DNA from: Octopus vulgaris
Taxonomy: Eukaryota
DNA: 64,000 nt
NCBI GenBank assembly: GCA_951406725.2
Contig: OX597818.1
Coordinates: 31,186,001-31,250,000, forward strand
Direction: 5' to 3'
Shown: positions 27,796 to 42,858 of the stretch, in pieces
Numbering within the stretch: position 1 is the first letter of the stretch
Layout of the letters: the number at the start of each line of letters is the position of its first letter
Program-made: the position numbers and the translations under genes
Notes under the pieces: generated by a model
Told to the model about the DNA's origin: nothing
Databases searched by the model: none
What the model saw: the letters and a program-made list of their open reading frames with translations, nothing else

Positions 27796-27800
27796 GAAGG

Positions 27801-27851
27801 AGCTTCTACAGGACAAGAACTGTTTCATTCAAAAGAAATCATCAGGAAGCT
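27801..27851 (-). ncRNA. Type I hammerhead ribozyme
   Basis: Minus strand: agcttc CTGATGA t-ttc tttt gaa-t GAAA cag ttcttgtc ctg TA gaagct; 6-bp stem I and closed stem III. Confidence 0.85.
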
Positions 27852-29394
27852 AGTAGACAAGAGTTGTTTTGGCATTTATACATTTAGGCAGGTTTAAATG
27901 GGTGGTGGTGGGGGACTTTTTTGGGGGTAGGCATGGCGCAAAACTGTCATTATTAGGGGAGTGGTCAAAGGAATCGGTGGTAAAGTAGATAAAATAATAA
28001 ATAAAAGAATAAAAGAATAAATAGAAAAATAGAGTTTTAGGTAAGTAAGGAGACTCTCACTTGTACATCCATATATATATATATTTATATATATATACAC
28101 CCACATATTCACATATATCTATATATATACATACCCATATATACATACATATATATATATATATACATACATACATATACATACACATATACATATATAT
28201 ACATATATATACACATACCCATGTACATCCACACAAACACACATATACATACATATATATACATATATGTATACACACTCGCACATATATATACATACAC
28301 ACATATATACACATGCATATACATGCACACACATACACACACATTTTTATTCTCTTATTTTAATTTTATTATTACTTTTGTTTATATCTTTATTTTTATC
28401 TTGACCTCGGGTCAGCCGGTCTCAAGGGATGATCTAAAGAGTCCATTTATCTATCTACTCACTGATACGAACGCAAACACTCACTCACGCTCACACACTC
28501 ACACGTACACTGATACCCATACACACACGCACGTGTTATATTCATACACACATACATCTACATACATTCACGTATATTCACATACGTACACGTACCTACT
28601 GATTCATATCTACACGCATACACATACATACCTCAATACACCCACAGAAGACTAGTCCATACATATACACTAATAAATATATATACACATATACACATAC
28701 ACATACACATACATACATATACATACACATATATATATATATATATATATACATATATATATACATGTATGTATGTATGTATATATATATAAATATATAC
28801 ATACATGCCTACACACATATATATATATATAAATATATGTACATACACACATATATGTATATACGTATGTATGTATGAATGTGTGTATGTACGTATGTAC
28901 CTGTGTATGTGTCTTTATATTTATGCATATGTTTGTTTATAAGAGCAGAATAAGAAAGTTGTAATTATGAGGTAAGTTATTGTTAATGTATGTAATATAT
29001 CGAGCATTAAAGCGTTAACTTATTCCAACTTCATCGCTGGTAGTTGTCCATAAAACGTTTCCAGTATATATTCCTCGCTATAAAGAAAATAGCATTAAAT
29101 ACCAGCATAGAAGCAGATATTAGATACAAGCATTAAAACCTGATGGACGCGTTGCCTCAACATTCATGAAATCAACTTGACTCATACATAACGTCCTTAG
29201 TAAAGAAATGGATACGTCAGATGAAATACTCGTAAATAACACTAAAATGGCCAATGGGCTTCGATAATATTATGTAACTCTGAGCTTATTGACTTTATAC
29301 AATATAATAGACTTTATACAATCAGCGATGCTCAGGGTTACATAATAACTGTTACAAGAATAATACAATAAGCTGTAGTAATATACATTTTACT

Positions 29395-29915
29395 ATAAGC
29401 ACAAAGGTATGCATTTTGCGGGAGGGGCGGAATGTGCAGTCGTTTACATCGATCCCAGTATTCAACTGGTACTTATTTTATCGACCACGAAAGAATGAAA
29501 GACAAAGTCGACCTTGGGGTAATCTGAACTCAGAATTTACAGCCGAAAGACATCCCTGTTTCTTTACTACCCACAAGGGGCTAAACACAGAGGGGACAAA
29601 CAAGGAGAGACAAACGGATTAAGTCAATTATATTGACCCTGCATTTTCCCCGGTATGCTCACGATTCTGCTGGCTCGTCGTCATAGAAACAATTGTAATA
29701 TCGGTTTCAATTTTTGGAATAAGGCTAGAAACTGCGAGGAAATGGGACAGTCGATTATATCGACCCAACTGCTCAACTGGTACTTACTTTATCGATCCCG
29801 AAGGGCGAAAGGCAATGTCTATTCAGGTGGAATTTAAACTCAGAACGGAAAGTCGGAAGAAATGCGTCTAAGCACTTTAACCGACGCAGTAACGATTTTG
29901 TCAGCCCGCCGCATA
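29395..29915 (-). mobile_element. Two or three diverged Nin-domain-like SINE units
   Basis: caactggtactta..tatcgacc(a)cgaaag twice, plus the cccacaaggggctaaacacagagggg linker seen at 14525 and 14705. Confidence 0.7.
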
Positions 29916-30180
29916 ATAATAGTAATATCAACAACGAGACCAGCGACAATGATTTGATTTGAGCCGAAGAAGGAACTTCTTCCCGTTAGAGTAAGCATCG
30001 AAATCATTTGAGGTAAAGCAAATGAAAAAAAAAACGAGCTTTAAAAATGCTCACAACAAATAAACCATTGATCATCGATCCACTCGTTCAGTGCCAACGC
30101 AGGGTTAAATACAGATAATAACAGTAACAAAAGCATCAGCAGCAGTAGCAGCAGATATATCATCACCTAATATCAACACG

Positions 30181-30491
30181 GTGGAGGCACATGGCCTAGT
30201 GGTTAGAGCAGCGGAATCGCGGTCGAGGGACCGCGGGTTCGAATCTCAGACCGGGCGATGTGTGTGTTTATGCGCGAAAAACCTAAGCTCCACGCGACTC
30301 CGGCAGAAGGTAATGGCGAACTTCTGCTGACTCTTTCGTCACAACTTTCTCTCACTCTTGGCTTCTGCATCTTGCAGCTCACCTGCGATGGACCGGCGTT
30401 CCGTCCAGGTGGGGGAATCATATACGCCAAGGAAACGGGGAAACCGGTTCTTATGAACCAGGCATGGCTCGAGAAGGAACAAACAACAAAC
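30181..30491 (+). mobile_element. Full-length tRNA-derived SINE with V-domain-like segment
   Basis: tggcctagtggttagagc (A box), gggttcgaatc (B box), ctgcgatggaccggcgttccgtccagg, (ACAA)n tail. Confidence 0.8.
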
Positions 30492-30791
30492 AATATCACC
30501 ACTACTACCAAAACCACCACCACGACCACGACCACCACCACTATGTAGAGGCACTGTAGTTTAATTCCTTCTTGATGCTTTCAAACTGGTTGATTCGTGC
30601 TTTCGGTAATATTTGTTGCTATTCTCTACCTTGTCCTATTACGTCATAATATGTTACGTTTCTCTTATGCTTCTTTTGTATACTTTTATGACGTAGATTG
30701 TTATTTTAGAGGAGCTGCTGCTGTTTATGCTCCGGTATGAGCACACTCAAACTATACATTCAAATACACATCATAAACATACACTCACACA

Positions 30792-30828
<37 letters not shown>

Positions 30829-30837
30829 TCTTCTATT

Positions 30838-31190
30838 TTTTTTTTATTATTATAAATCTTCCACTGAGGAGCGAGCCGGTTTCAAACAAAGATAGAAGGC
30901 TACATCTTTGGGATGTAGTTAACACAGAACACAGACAAATTCACATTTGGAACTTGAGAAAAGTCTTGCATATTTTTTACTGTTCCACTCACATATTGCA
31001 CTTGTAGTGTACGAATTAGCCGACCAATTTCTCTTTCTGAAAATCCCAGTTTATCCAGGTTATCCTTTAAGCATTTACTGACAGAACCTAGTGCTCCAAT
31101 TATTATTGGTATGAATATAATTTCGTAGTCTGGATATAGAAGCTGGAGGTTTCGAAGCCGCTGTCCATAAACATCCTCTTTTTCTTTGAT
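30838..31190 (-). pseudogene. R4/Dong-like (RLE-type) LINE 3' end
   Basis: KEKEDVYGQRLRNLQLLYPDYEIIFIPIIIGALGSV fits the K..KY..L....PIVIGALG C-terminus of RLE LINEs; (TAA)/A tail. Confidence 0.7.
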
Positions 31191-31409
31191 TGTATGTATG
31201 TATGTATGTATGTATGTATGTATGTATGTATGTATGTATGTATGTATGTATGTATGTATGTATGTATGTATGTATGTATGTATGTATGTATGTATGTATG
31301 TGTGTGTGTGTATGTATGTATGCACATCTATCTACATATATATGTAAATAAGCGCATGTCTATGTATGTATGTATCTATACATTCTACGTTTATTTGTGG
31401 TGTCCTGTA

Positions 31410-31473
<64 letters not shown>

Positions 31474-33040
31474 TAAGGAAAAAATTTTAAAAAAATGCAG
31501 AATGCTCAAATCAAAGAAAATTTTATTAAAATGAGAAATTGATAAAATATATAAATATATATATATATATATGCATGTATATATACATATAGATGTAGGT
31601 ATGTACATATATGTATGTATGTATGCATATGTTTTATTTGTTAAATTGTTATTACATATATATGTATATATATACATACACACGCCCATACAAACACATG
31701 CACGCACGAGCATGTTGTGTGTGTGTATGCTTATAAATAGTTTTCATGTGAACAAAAAGTTTTGATTCAAATATGCTAACATTAACTCTTTGTTAGAGTA
31801 ATACCTAATTGTTTACATTGTGAAATACCATGGAGATATGTAAAGAATACAGAAATAAAACAATTATTTGTAGATTATGCAAAAGATTTAATGAATCAAA
31901 ATAAAATAGTTAAGTGTCAGATCAGAGATCTTCACTAAATACTCACACTTCAATAAATATCTTCTGAAAAAAAAAAGAAAAAATCAAAACAAAAATACTG
32001 AAAATGAACGAATTACGCCACCAGAGCGGAGCAACGTATCGCTACAAAAATCATTGGCACAACAAGAAGAGTAGTAACATGAAATTGAAAATCTTTCGTC
32101 TTAGAGCACCGAAACCATGATGAGTCTTGTCTCCATGTCTCATAAGAGGATTTTCATGTTTATTTGTCCTTTGAGCTTTTCGATTAATCGTTTCCATGCC
32201 CCACTTCGAATTTTCACTACACACACGGACGCACGCACACACATGCGCGCGCACACACACACACACACTTCACACACACACACACACACACACACACTTA
32301 TACACACACTCACACACACACACACTCACTCACAGACACACACACACATACACACACACAAACACACACAGATACACGTGCGTGTGTGTACGCATTACAT
32401 AAATAAAAACACGGAAATAGATGCACAACCATATTACACATGTGTATCTTATACACATGTGTATGTGTGTGCGTGCGAGTGTGTGTGCGTGTATGTGTGT
32501 GTGTGAGTGTGTATATGATTTTATATATATATATATACATACACAGACACAAACATGCTATTATATTAGTAAAACTCTTTCGGCACAACGTAGTTAGCTT
32601 TTCAGTTGTTGGAAATAGTAATAATTCACGAGGAAGTCTTCTTATGATAATAATCTCCATCCCTTAATATTTATTTATTCATTCTTTTATACATTTTATT
32701 CCTCCTTTTAATTCACAGAAACTCTAAAAGCTTTAAATCTCTCAGAACACACATACACACACACACACTTGCAAACACACAGGCATTATACGCACGCACA
32801 TAGATACGTACAGGCCTGCACACACATATAAACATTGTCTACGAGAAGCTTCTTACTTCCTCTCAGATGTGTACAACAAAATATATTCAGAGGGAAATAT
32901 ATTTGATGGTGAAATTAGGCCACCCAACAAGACTGGATTTATCTCCTAGATCGTGTTTACCCTCATCACTGATCCCACGCATTTTCTTAGAATATAGTGT
33001 ATTTGCATACGTGCGTATTGTTATATATATATATATGTAA

Positions 33041-33102
<62 letters not shown>

Positions 33103-33107
33103 GTGTG

Positions 33108-33168
<61 letters not shown>

Positions 33169-33175
33169 GTATATG

Positions 33176-33229
<54 letters not shown>

Positions 33230-33240
33230 CATGTATGAAT

Positions 33241-33274
<34 letters not shown>

Positions 33275-33276
33275 AT

Positions 33277-33838
33277 AAATCCTTAAAAATCCTTAAAAAT
33301 GTTTTAGCCCGAAGGCCGCGGCCATGCTGGGGCACCACCGCTGAATGAGCTACACTAGTTTGTGAATCCACCTCTGATACGTGGCACTTGATCAACAAGG
33401 GAGTTCGATGCTGCTGCCCGCATCCGTGTCTCCTGTCGTGAGGTAGGTTCATCTGGGACTCCCAACAAGAAGAGATCCAGTTTAGTTTTAAAGAAACCCA
33501 CATCCACACCATGTAAGTCTCTCAGGCATTTAGGGAGGATGTTAAAGAGCTGTGGTCCTCTGAAACCCAAGCTGTTGCAGTATCTGGACCTGTATTTTGA
33601 TGGTGATGTTGGAATCCTTGGCACCACGCAGCGGCGCCCGTTCTGCGGTTGGAGTAACTTTGAATGCCAAAGTTTGGGACAAGACCCTCCAGGATTTTCC
33701 AGATGTATATCACTGCATATCTCTCCCGCCTCCGCTCCAGGGAGAAGAGGTTTAATACCTTCAGTCTTTCCCAGTAGCTGACATTTTGCATTGAGACGAT
33801 TTTCTTTGTGTAGCTTCTCTGAGTTGCTTCGAGTTCTG
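33277..33838 (-). pseudogene. Second CR1-like LINE family 3' end
   Basis: [34 protein letters not shown] and GPQLFNILPKCLR..FKTKLDLFL; tandem aaggattttt tail. Confidence 0.85.
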
Positions 33839-34026
33839 CTGTTTGTTTTATATTTATATATATATGTATGCATGTATAAATATATATATGTATATATCTA
33901 TATATACATATATATGTATGCATGTATAAATATATATATGTATATATCTATATATATGTATGTGTATATATATATATATGATTGCATGTATAAATATATA
34001 TATGTATATATCTATATATATGTATG

Positions 34027-34074
<48 letters not shown>

Positions 34075-34480
34075 CACACACATATATATATATGTGGGGG
34101 GGGTTTGACCGGAGACTATTGCTGCTGCTGCTGTTTACAGCTGCTTATATGTATACAAATATATAGGAACATGTGAATCTATATATCCCTGTGAATGTTT
34201 ATATATTTATATGTAAGCATACACAGAAACACACCCACACATAGACATACACACGTTCACGCGCGCATATAGGTGCCTCAGTTGGCACTATAGAGTGTTG
34301 TGGAAGCATTTGGCTCTGAATGCATTTCTTATCACAGAAACGGCGTTAAGTTAATGAAGGTGGTTTTGTGACTCTTGTTCTTTTGTCATTCATTAATTAA
34401 TATAACACGCTGGACTCGCCTAATTCCTAATGCCTAACTCTCAGAAAAGCGCGTGTGCGCGCACACACATGTATACACAG

Positions 34481-34549
<69 letters not shown>

Positions 34550-34647
34550 TTATCTATCTGTCAGTCTGTTTATCAAATCTATATATAAATATTTATATAC
34601 ATGTGTATATATATATAGACACACGCATATATCTATATGTATATATG

Positions 34648-34793
34648 ATGTTGTGCGGTAAGAATCTTGCTTTCCAACCACATGGTTCCGAATTCAGTCA
34701 CTTGGCCTCTTTGGCAAGTGTCTTCTACTATAGTCCCGGTCCGATCAAAGCCTTGTGACTGAATTTGATAGATGGAAACTGGAAGAAGCCTGT

Positions 34794-34842
<49 letters not shown>

Positions 34843-35048
34843 TTGTGTGTGTGTGTGCGCTTGTGTGTTTGTGTTCTCCAACCGCTTGACGAACGATGCT
34901 GGTACATATCCCCTTAACTAGCGGTTCGGCAAAATAGATCGATAGAATAGGCTTACAGAGAATAGGTCTTGCGGTCAATTTCTTTGACTAACCTCCATCG
35001 AGTCGGTGCTCTAGCATGGCCGCAGTCAAATGACTGAAAGAAATAAAA

Positions 35049-35050
<2 letters not shown>
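34648..35050 (+). mobile_element. CORE-like SINE copy
   Basis: Homologous to 26087-26636. Confidence 0.8.
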
Positions 35051-35084
<34 letters not shown>

Positions 35085-35342
35085 CGAGAGAGAGAGAGAG
35101 TGATAGCTATCTTCAAACACATATTTATGTATGCACACACGCACACAAACACACACACACTCACACACACACACACACACACACAGACACACACACACAC
35201 GCACATATACACACACACACTCACACACACACTCAGGTATATGTATATACGTATGCGATTACTGTATCTGACGGTGTATCAGGAATACAGACGTCCAGGA
35301 GTAAAAGTGAACGAAGCAAATTATACCTTTAAATATAATATA

Positions 35343-35426
<84 letters not shown>

Positions 35427-35432
35427 TATACA

Positions 35433-35485
<53 letters not shown>

Positions 35486-35945
35486 GTAATACATATATCA
35501 CCATTCTATTCAGGTATTCTCTTAATGCAAAAGCTGAACTGATGGGTGGTGTGTGTGTGCGCATGTGCGCGCACGTGCGTGTGTGTGCATGCGTGTATGT
35601 ATGTGTGTGTGTGTGTGCTTTTAGGTGCATGAATTGCAAATACTACGATGGAATGGTAATTACAGTGGTGACATCTATGATGCATGAGTCAGCTATTCAC
35701 AAGAAGATTCGTCTGCTGTACGGACCAACAAGGAGGAAATGCATTTCCTAATGTATTCAGATACATACATGAATAATTTCATATCTACGTATGTGTATAG
35801 AAGCATCCATTTATATCACAGTACGGGTTTGTTGGCGTTCATATCTGTCTCTGTGCGTGTGTTAATGGATGGGATCTATTTTACTTCATACACATATGTT
35901 TACGTATATCCACGCTGAAAAATACGTGCGTCAAAATATGCATGC

Positions 35946-35997
<52 letters not shown>

Positions 35998-36012
35998 CAT
36001 ACATACATACAT

Positions 36013-36071
<59 letters not shown>

Positions 36072-36125
36072 TATATACATATAAATATATATACACACAC
36101 ACATATATATATATATATACATATA

Positions 36126-36165
<40 letters not shown>

Positions 36166-36711
36166 GTATATGTATGTGTACGTATGTGCGTGTATGTGTG
36201 TGTTGTTAAACTCTAAGGTGTAGCAAAGAAAGAGACTTGCGAGAACTATCTTAAGTTCTATATTGCGTCTAGGTTCGGATGTCGAAGATGGCACTTATTA
36301 AAAATCTATGAATAAAATACCCTAAAAATGAAGAATTTCTTGAATTATGTATTGTTATTCTTTTATTTGTTGGTCACATATAACTCATAGACAAACTTGA
36401 GAAAATACATTCATTTCATCACAAAAACAAAAAATCAGAAAAATTAACAAGGGCATGACTAATTTTGAGGACGACTGTACACACACACATACACGCACAA
36501 ACACACACATATATATATGTATATATAAATGTAGAGTAGTGTTACAACAAGGCACCAATGTTTACTGGAAATAGCTGACAATAAATTTATGACGTTATAG
36601 TAAAGCTTCACTGTGTATATACTGGCAAAGACGCGTGAGAGCAGCGAACATATAAAAATGTTTGTCTTACCTCTAGGAAGAACATTAGATAAATGCACAA
36701 CCCAGAATCGG

Positions 36712-36744
<33 letters not shown>

Positions 36745-37335
36745 CTGATTTATGTTATAAGATGCTCGAGCTGCCACCAAAACTACATAGGGTCCACGGG
36801 ATTATCGCTCAGGCGTAGATGCACTCTGCATCGATAGCAGATTGCATTCCCAGAATACAGAATAATACCCTTTAGGGAACATATTGAGAAATGTGCAAAG
36901 CGAATGCTACCACAATTTGTAATCTTTCCATTTTATCAATGTGCCATTGGAACACCAACATAAGTTATATTAAATAAGGAAACCTATTTCATTGAAAAAT
37001 ATAAGCCAAAACTTAACTATTTCTAACATTTTTAAATAAGGAAACTTACTCATTGAAAAAAAATATATAAAGCTAAACCTAACCACTTCTAACATTCTAT
37101 TCTTTCTAACCCAATTCATGTTAAATTAATAAAGCCTAGTCATTCCCAACATTTATGATTATCTCCCTCATACCGAAAAAATCCCTGATTACCTTCCCCT
37201 GTCTGGAACTCCATATTTCACAACATAGCGAAGAGATGACACAATATACGTAAAGAAATTTGAAAAGAAAATACGAAACCGGTTATTTCTCCAAAAACAA
37301 TGTTTCTATACGCAAAATTTTACATTTTTCTAACA
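36745..37335 (+). pseudogene. Penelope-like GIY-YIG endonuclease remnant plus terminal region
   Basis: LIYVIRCSSCHQNYIGSTGLSLRRRCTLHR*...KETYFIEKYKPKLN. Confidence 0.85.
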
Positions 37336-37342
37336 CACACAC

Positions 37343-37401
<59 letters not shown>

Positions 37402-37556
37402 CATATACATACATATATATGTGTTGAGAATTTAAAACCTCTTATGAATTATATATTTATAGTATTTTTATAAGTACAGAAGTGTGTAGGAATATTTCAA
37501 TGAGTCCAGAACGAGCCTATACAAGTAATGCATCGATATCCAAATCTGTGTGTGAA

Positions 37557-37603
<47 letters not shown>

Positions 37604-38114
37604 TAGCATGCATGTGCATGTGTGTGTAAATGTATGTGCGTGCTTGTATGCATGAGAGTGAGTGAGTACGTGCGTGTATGCGTGCAAGTGTATGTGTCTG
37701 TGCGTGTGAATGTGGTGTGCGTGCGTGTGTGTGTGTCTACATGTGTGCGTGTGTGTGTATGTGTGTGTAATTTAGCTTCTTGTTATTCAGATTCAATAAC
37801 GGGAGTTCGAATTGATAACGTTATAGTTTAGTGTATTTCATTGTAGTTGCGTATTCAGTGATTTGAGCATTCAGTGGCTTTGTCATACGGAGACGAAGAA
37901 AGGAAGGGAGAGAGAGAGAGAGAAAGAGAGAGAGAGAAAATGAAGAGAAGAGAGTGTGGAGAAGAAAAAAAAAAGAGAGAAGGGGCGGGTGGAAAAGAGA
38001 AAATTGGGTTTGACAAAGAGCGATGAGGATTAATAATAAGGTTGGTGGTACAAGATAGAGAAAAGGAGCAGCCGCAGTAGGATAAAGAGAGGATGGAGTG
38101 TGTATGTGTGTGTG

Positions 38115-38725
<611 letters not shown>

Positions 38726-39622
38726 AGATAAATAGAGAGATAGATAGAGAGAGGACTGTCTGTTTATCTCTTCATTGAACAGTCGTGATCATTTTTGGCT
38801 AGACATGGTCCATCTCGCAATAACGTAATCCTAAGACCAGGATGAGAACGATTAAAAGTAGATAAAAATTAAATTGATAAATGACATTTTAGTGAGCAGG
38901 GGAAATGATTTGCGGAAACACGCCAAGAGAGGAAAGACGAGCTCAGATTCGCCTGGAACAGATTCAAGACGCTGAAGTCATAGGTCAGTTATTGTAATCA
39001 CATCCGGATTGAAGGTGGAATCCGTTGACCAGCAGGGAAAGAAGAATTGATGCGTTTATTGGATGAAGTTAGTTACGCGATTTTAGTAAAAGGGAATGTT
39101 TGAATGTATGACTCGGGTAATGCATCAATACATATAAACGTGTGTTGTACGAGTGTATGCATGTAAGTGCATTAGATTATGTAGGTTTATATATATGCGT
39201 GTACGTGCATATTAGGATGTTAACGTATATGGATGTATATATATATATATTTATATAAATCTATGTAAAAATGGGTACAAAACCAAATTAGATATATATG
39301 CATAAGTGCTCGTAGTCTATATATGAGTGTGCGCGTGCCTTTATATAAGTGTTCCTTGCCAGTAGGTATATATGTTTTTAGGTATGAAAGGGAAGTATTT
39401 AAGTGCAGAGGGTCTATGCGGGTGTGTGTATGTGTTGATGCGAATTTGTGTGCATATACGAAGGTATGTATAGATTATGTGGAAACGGAGCACTTTGTAA
39501 CAATATGCATACATGCACGCACACACACTTACACACACAGAGATACATATACGTATGCATATATATATGTGTGTGTGTGCGTGTGTGTGTGTGTATGTTT
39601 ATATAAACACATACACACACAT

Positions 39623-39682
<60 letters not shown>

Positions 39683-39695
39683 ATATATATCTATA

Positions 39696-39757
<62 letters not shown>

Positions 39758-40039
39758 CGTGTGTGTGTATGTGGTTGTGTGTGTGTAATTCAAAACCGTT
39801 TCATTCGGCTCCATGAGATGTAAAGTTTTGCAGGTTTCTAACAGAAACCGAATAAGCTGCGAAACCTGCGACAGTTTAAGTCTCACAGAGCCGAATCAAA
39901 CTGCTTCAAATAATTATAATAATATATGTAATATATGTAACTCCTATTAAATGTGTTGAGTGTTCTTTCTTTCCTTTGTCCTCTCACTCGGGCGTGCTCA
40001 CGCACACACACACACACGTGTGTGTGTGTGTCTTCTAGA

Positions 40040-40546
40040 ACAGTCATAAAAACCAAAGGTTATGCCATTGGCTATTAAATCAAAATATTGGACTCAGTAA
40101 ACCTAGGGTATGGAACATTGTTTGAAAATCCATGAATAAAATACCCCTGAACTGAAGAATTTCTTGAATTGTGTATTGCTGTTATGTTTTCACCTGTTGG
40201 TCGCATATAACTCATAAACAAACCCTAAAACCTTAAAGCTAAAACCAGTACGAACGCACGAACCGATGTCATAAATAACAGTGACAAATGAAAAATACAC
40301 CGCCAGAAGTTCTTGTTGACAAACAACGGCAGTAATTTTATTCAGCTGAATACATGTTATTGATTGGTTGAAATTACCAAAATAGGACTACTTTGACGTG
40401 AAATTATTTCGTAAATATAATTTTTTTTCAAAAATTCTAAGAGTAAAAGATGTTTTATATGACACATTCTACCAGTGTCCGAAGTTTGAAAGTGTTTAAT
40501 TACAAAAAAATATTTTTTAAATCTGTAGGTCAAAAGGTAAAGATCC
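40040..40546 (+). mobile_element. Partial MITE related to the 42450 element
   Basis: Shares tgattggttgaaatt, aaaagatgtttta and cacattctaccagt and ends in aaagatcc; 40100-40220 also matches 36300-36395. Confidence 0.6.
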
Positions 40547-41484
40547 GATGGTTTATCTGGAATTTGTTGGAGACATTCGTCTAGGGCACATTAGTGGCAG
40601 AGGTAGTATTAATACCGAGGGGTAAAATTTATCCCCTCTTAAACGTGGATGTTCTTTTAGAACAAACTATACTGCGGTAATTACCTTGAGAGACGCTCCC
40701 ATATTGGCTTTCTTTGCAAAATGCAAAATGCACACATGTTTATATCGCTAGATGAATCCCCGCTATCTCCCAGCGTCGAGACCACGCGATCACGTGATTT
40801 CGACCTTCTATCTTTCTATTTCCATTTAATTAATCCTATTCGTGTTGTTTTTGGTTTATTCTCTTTATAGGCATTATCTATTATTGACTGAATTGTTGAA
40901 TGTGTAATATATTTAATTCGATTTTGTGTTGTGATGTAATCGGTTTATATATGGTTATGTTTGTAATTAAGATCCAAACGCAGATTATTGGCTTTGTATA
41001 TTTCTAGGTAGCGTCAGGTTTTTAACATCGAGAGAAGTAGTGATCCTGTCTATTAGTGTCGAAATCAAATTGACATCCGTTAGGTAGCCGAAGAGAGATT
41101 TCTAGGTTTTCATTCCTTAGTTGTTGATGTTTCTAAGGTCGAAAGCCTTAGAAAAACCACTGTCATTTTTCATCCAAAAGGCTTTTTCAACCCAATGTTT
41201 ATATGCTATTAATTATATCAGTTATGTGCTTCGAGAACCAATTCCAAAAGATATATACATACATATATATATATAAGAGATAATGGTGTCATTGAGACCC
41301 GAAAGTGTCAGGTAATGCTGAATAAGTGCTATAGACAGACCATAGTTAAGTTCCAGATTCGGTAATATTGCGAATAAAGGGTTCAACGTTGGTTCTATGT
41401 CAGCGTGTGTATATATGAATTTTTTGTGTAATGAGATTAAAAAAACCAGGGCTGTATAGATATTAGAGCATTCATAGATAGAAG

Positions 41485-41536
41485 GTCTTACAGCTGTTTC
41501 TAGGATATTAATTAATAATATCCCTTCATCGGAGAC
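41485..41536 (-). ncRNA. Type I hammerhead, CCGATGA core variant (left arm of inverted repeat)
   Basis: Minus strand: gtct CCGATGA ag-ggatatt..aatatcc-ta GAAA cagctg TA agac. Confidence 0.7.
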
Positions 41537-41874
41537 GGTGTGAGAGGAAGAATTAAGTCATAGTTAGTTTCGATGTGATACAAATAGAGAGTGAGGTGGA
41601 AGAAAGAAAATAGATGTAAGATATGTATGGTTATTGAATTCGTAAATCCGTTTTATAGGTATAATGGTATATATGTGTAACATTCCAATATCCTTTGAGT
41701 AAAATCCAAAAGTCCAACAGAGTTTAATGAGTCCATCCAGATGTAGAGTTTATAAGCAATGTAAGATTCTTTTAAAGTTGGTCATTCCCAGTAGGAAATT
41801 TATATAGAGTGTAGTAGATTCATGGTTTGTGTTTAAATTGACCTAGAAATATGACTTAATTTTTCTATCGCACC

Positions 41875-41926
41875 GTCTCCGATGAAGGGATATTATTAAT
41901 GAATATCCTAGAAACAGCTGTAAGAC
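41875..41926 (+). ncRNA. Type I hammerhead, CCGATGA core variant (right arm of inverted repeat)
   Basis: gtct CCGATGA ag-ggatatt..aatatcc-ta GAAA cagctg TA agac. Confidence 0.7.
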
Positions 41927-42449
41927 GTCTATCTATAAATGCTCTAATATCTATGCAGCCTTGGTTTTTTATCTCATTACGCAAAAAATTCATACATATA
42001 TATTTATCCTTACAAGGTGGAAAAATTTGTCAACAACCAGTCATGGGACTTGAATACAAATCCATCAAACGCTCCGGCTGAATGCTTTATCATTAATCTA
42101 AACGACCCGCTGACATATTCACCGCCGAATTTAGACGCTAAATAATTTTGTTTTATGGAACAACTATGTATGTATGAATGTAAACAATGAAATATTTGTT
42201 CTTTTATTAGAAGCGTTGAAAATGTGTATTGTACAATACTAAGAAGGTAATATTTTTCGAACTCGGAATTGCCGCTAGAACAGCTGAAATATTGGGTAAA
42301 TTACTATCACAAGGCGGAAAAATTTGTCAATATTTGTTTGTTTGCATCTATACACACATGGTTGTTCTATAAAGCTAAAGCATTTAGCGTCTAAATTCGG
42401 CGGTGAATATGTCAGCGGGTAGTTTAGCTTAATGGTAAGGCACTTTAGC

Positions 42450-42858
42450 GGATCTTTTCGGTTTGAACGGCAGTTTTTTCTGGCGGTGTCATATGAAATT
42501 GTCACCCATAATTATGACCCTAGTATCGATCTATTGCATTTCAATCTGTTTTAGGGTTAGGGGTGGGGGAAAGGGTATCTTTTTTCTTCACAAATGTAAA
42601 TAAGCCCAATCTGTTTCTTAAACGAGCGACATATTCATATGGTAAAGAATGTCTTTTTTTACCGCAATGGACGTCGTTGATTGGTTGAAATTGAAGAAAT
42701 TGAAGAAAAAAACAACAAATATCTTACAAACTATAGAATTTTCTCAATAAAGCCAAGAGAAAAAGATGTTTTATAAACACATTCTACCAGTATACGAAGT
42801 TTAAATGTTTTTAATCTAGAAATTATGTTAAAAACTGCCGTTCAAACCGAAAAGATCC
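42450..42858. mobile_element. MITE with GG termini and 8-bp TSD (Merlin-like)
   Basis: TIR ggatcttttcggtttgaacggcagttttt / aaaaactgccgttcaaaccgaaaagatcc, flanked on both sides by actttagc. Confidence 0.85.

Noticed and set aside
30181-30255. tRNA gene
   Set aside because: A/B boxes continue into a SINE body and the cloverleaf is not intact
37225-37292. Hammerhead after the GIY-YIG remnant (and its paralog at 7262-7340)
   Set aside because: GAAACCGGTT is present but there is no CTGANGA core in either copy
42551-42563. Telomeric TTAGGG repeats
   Set aside because: Only two units, inside a MITE
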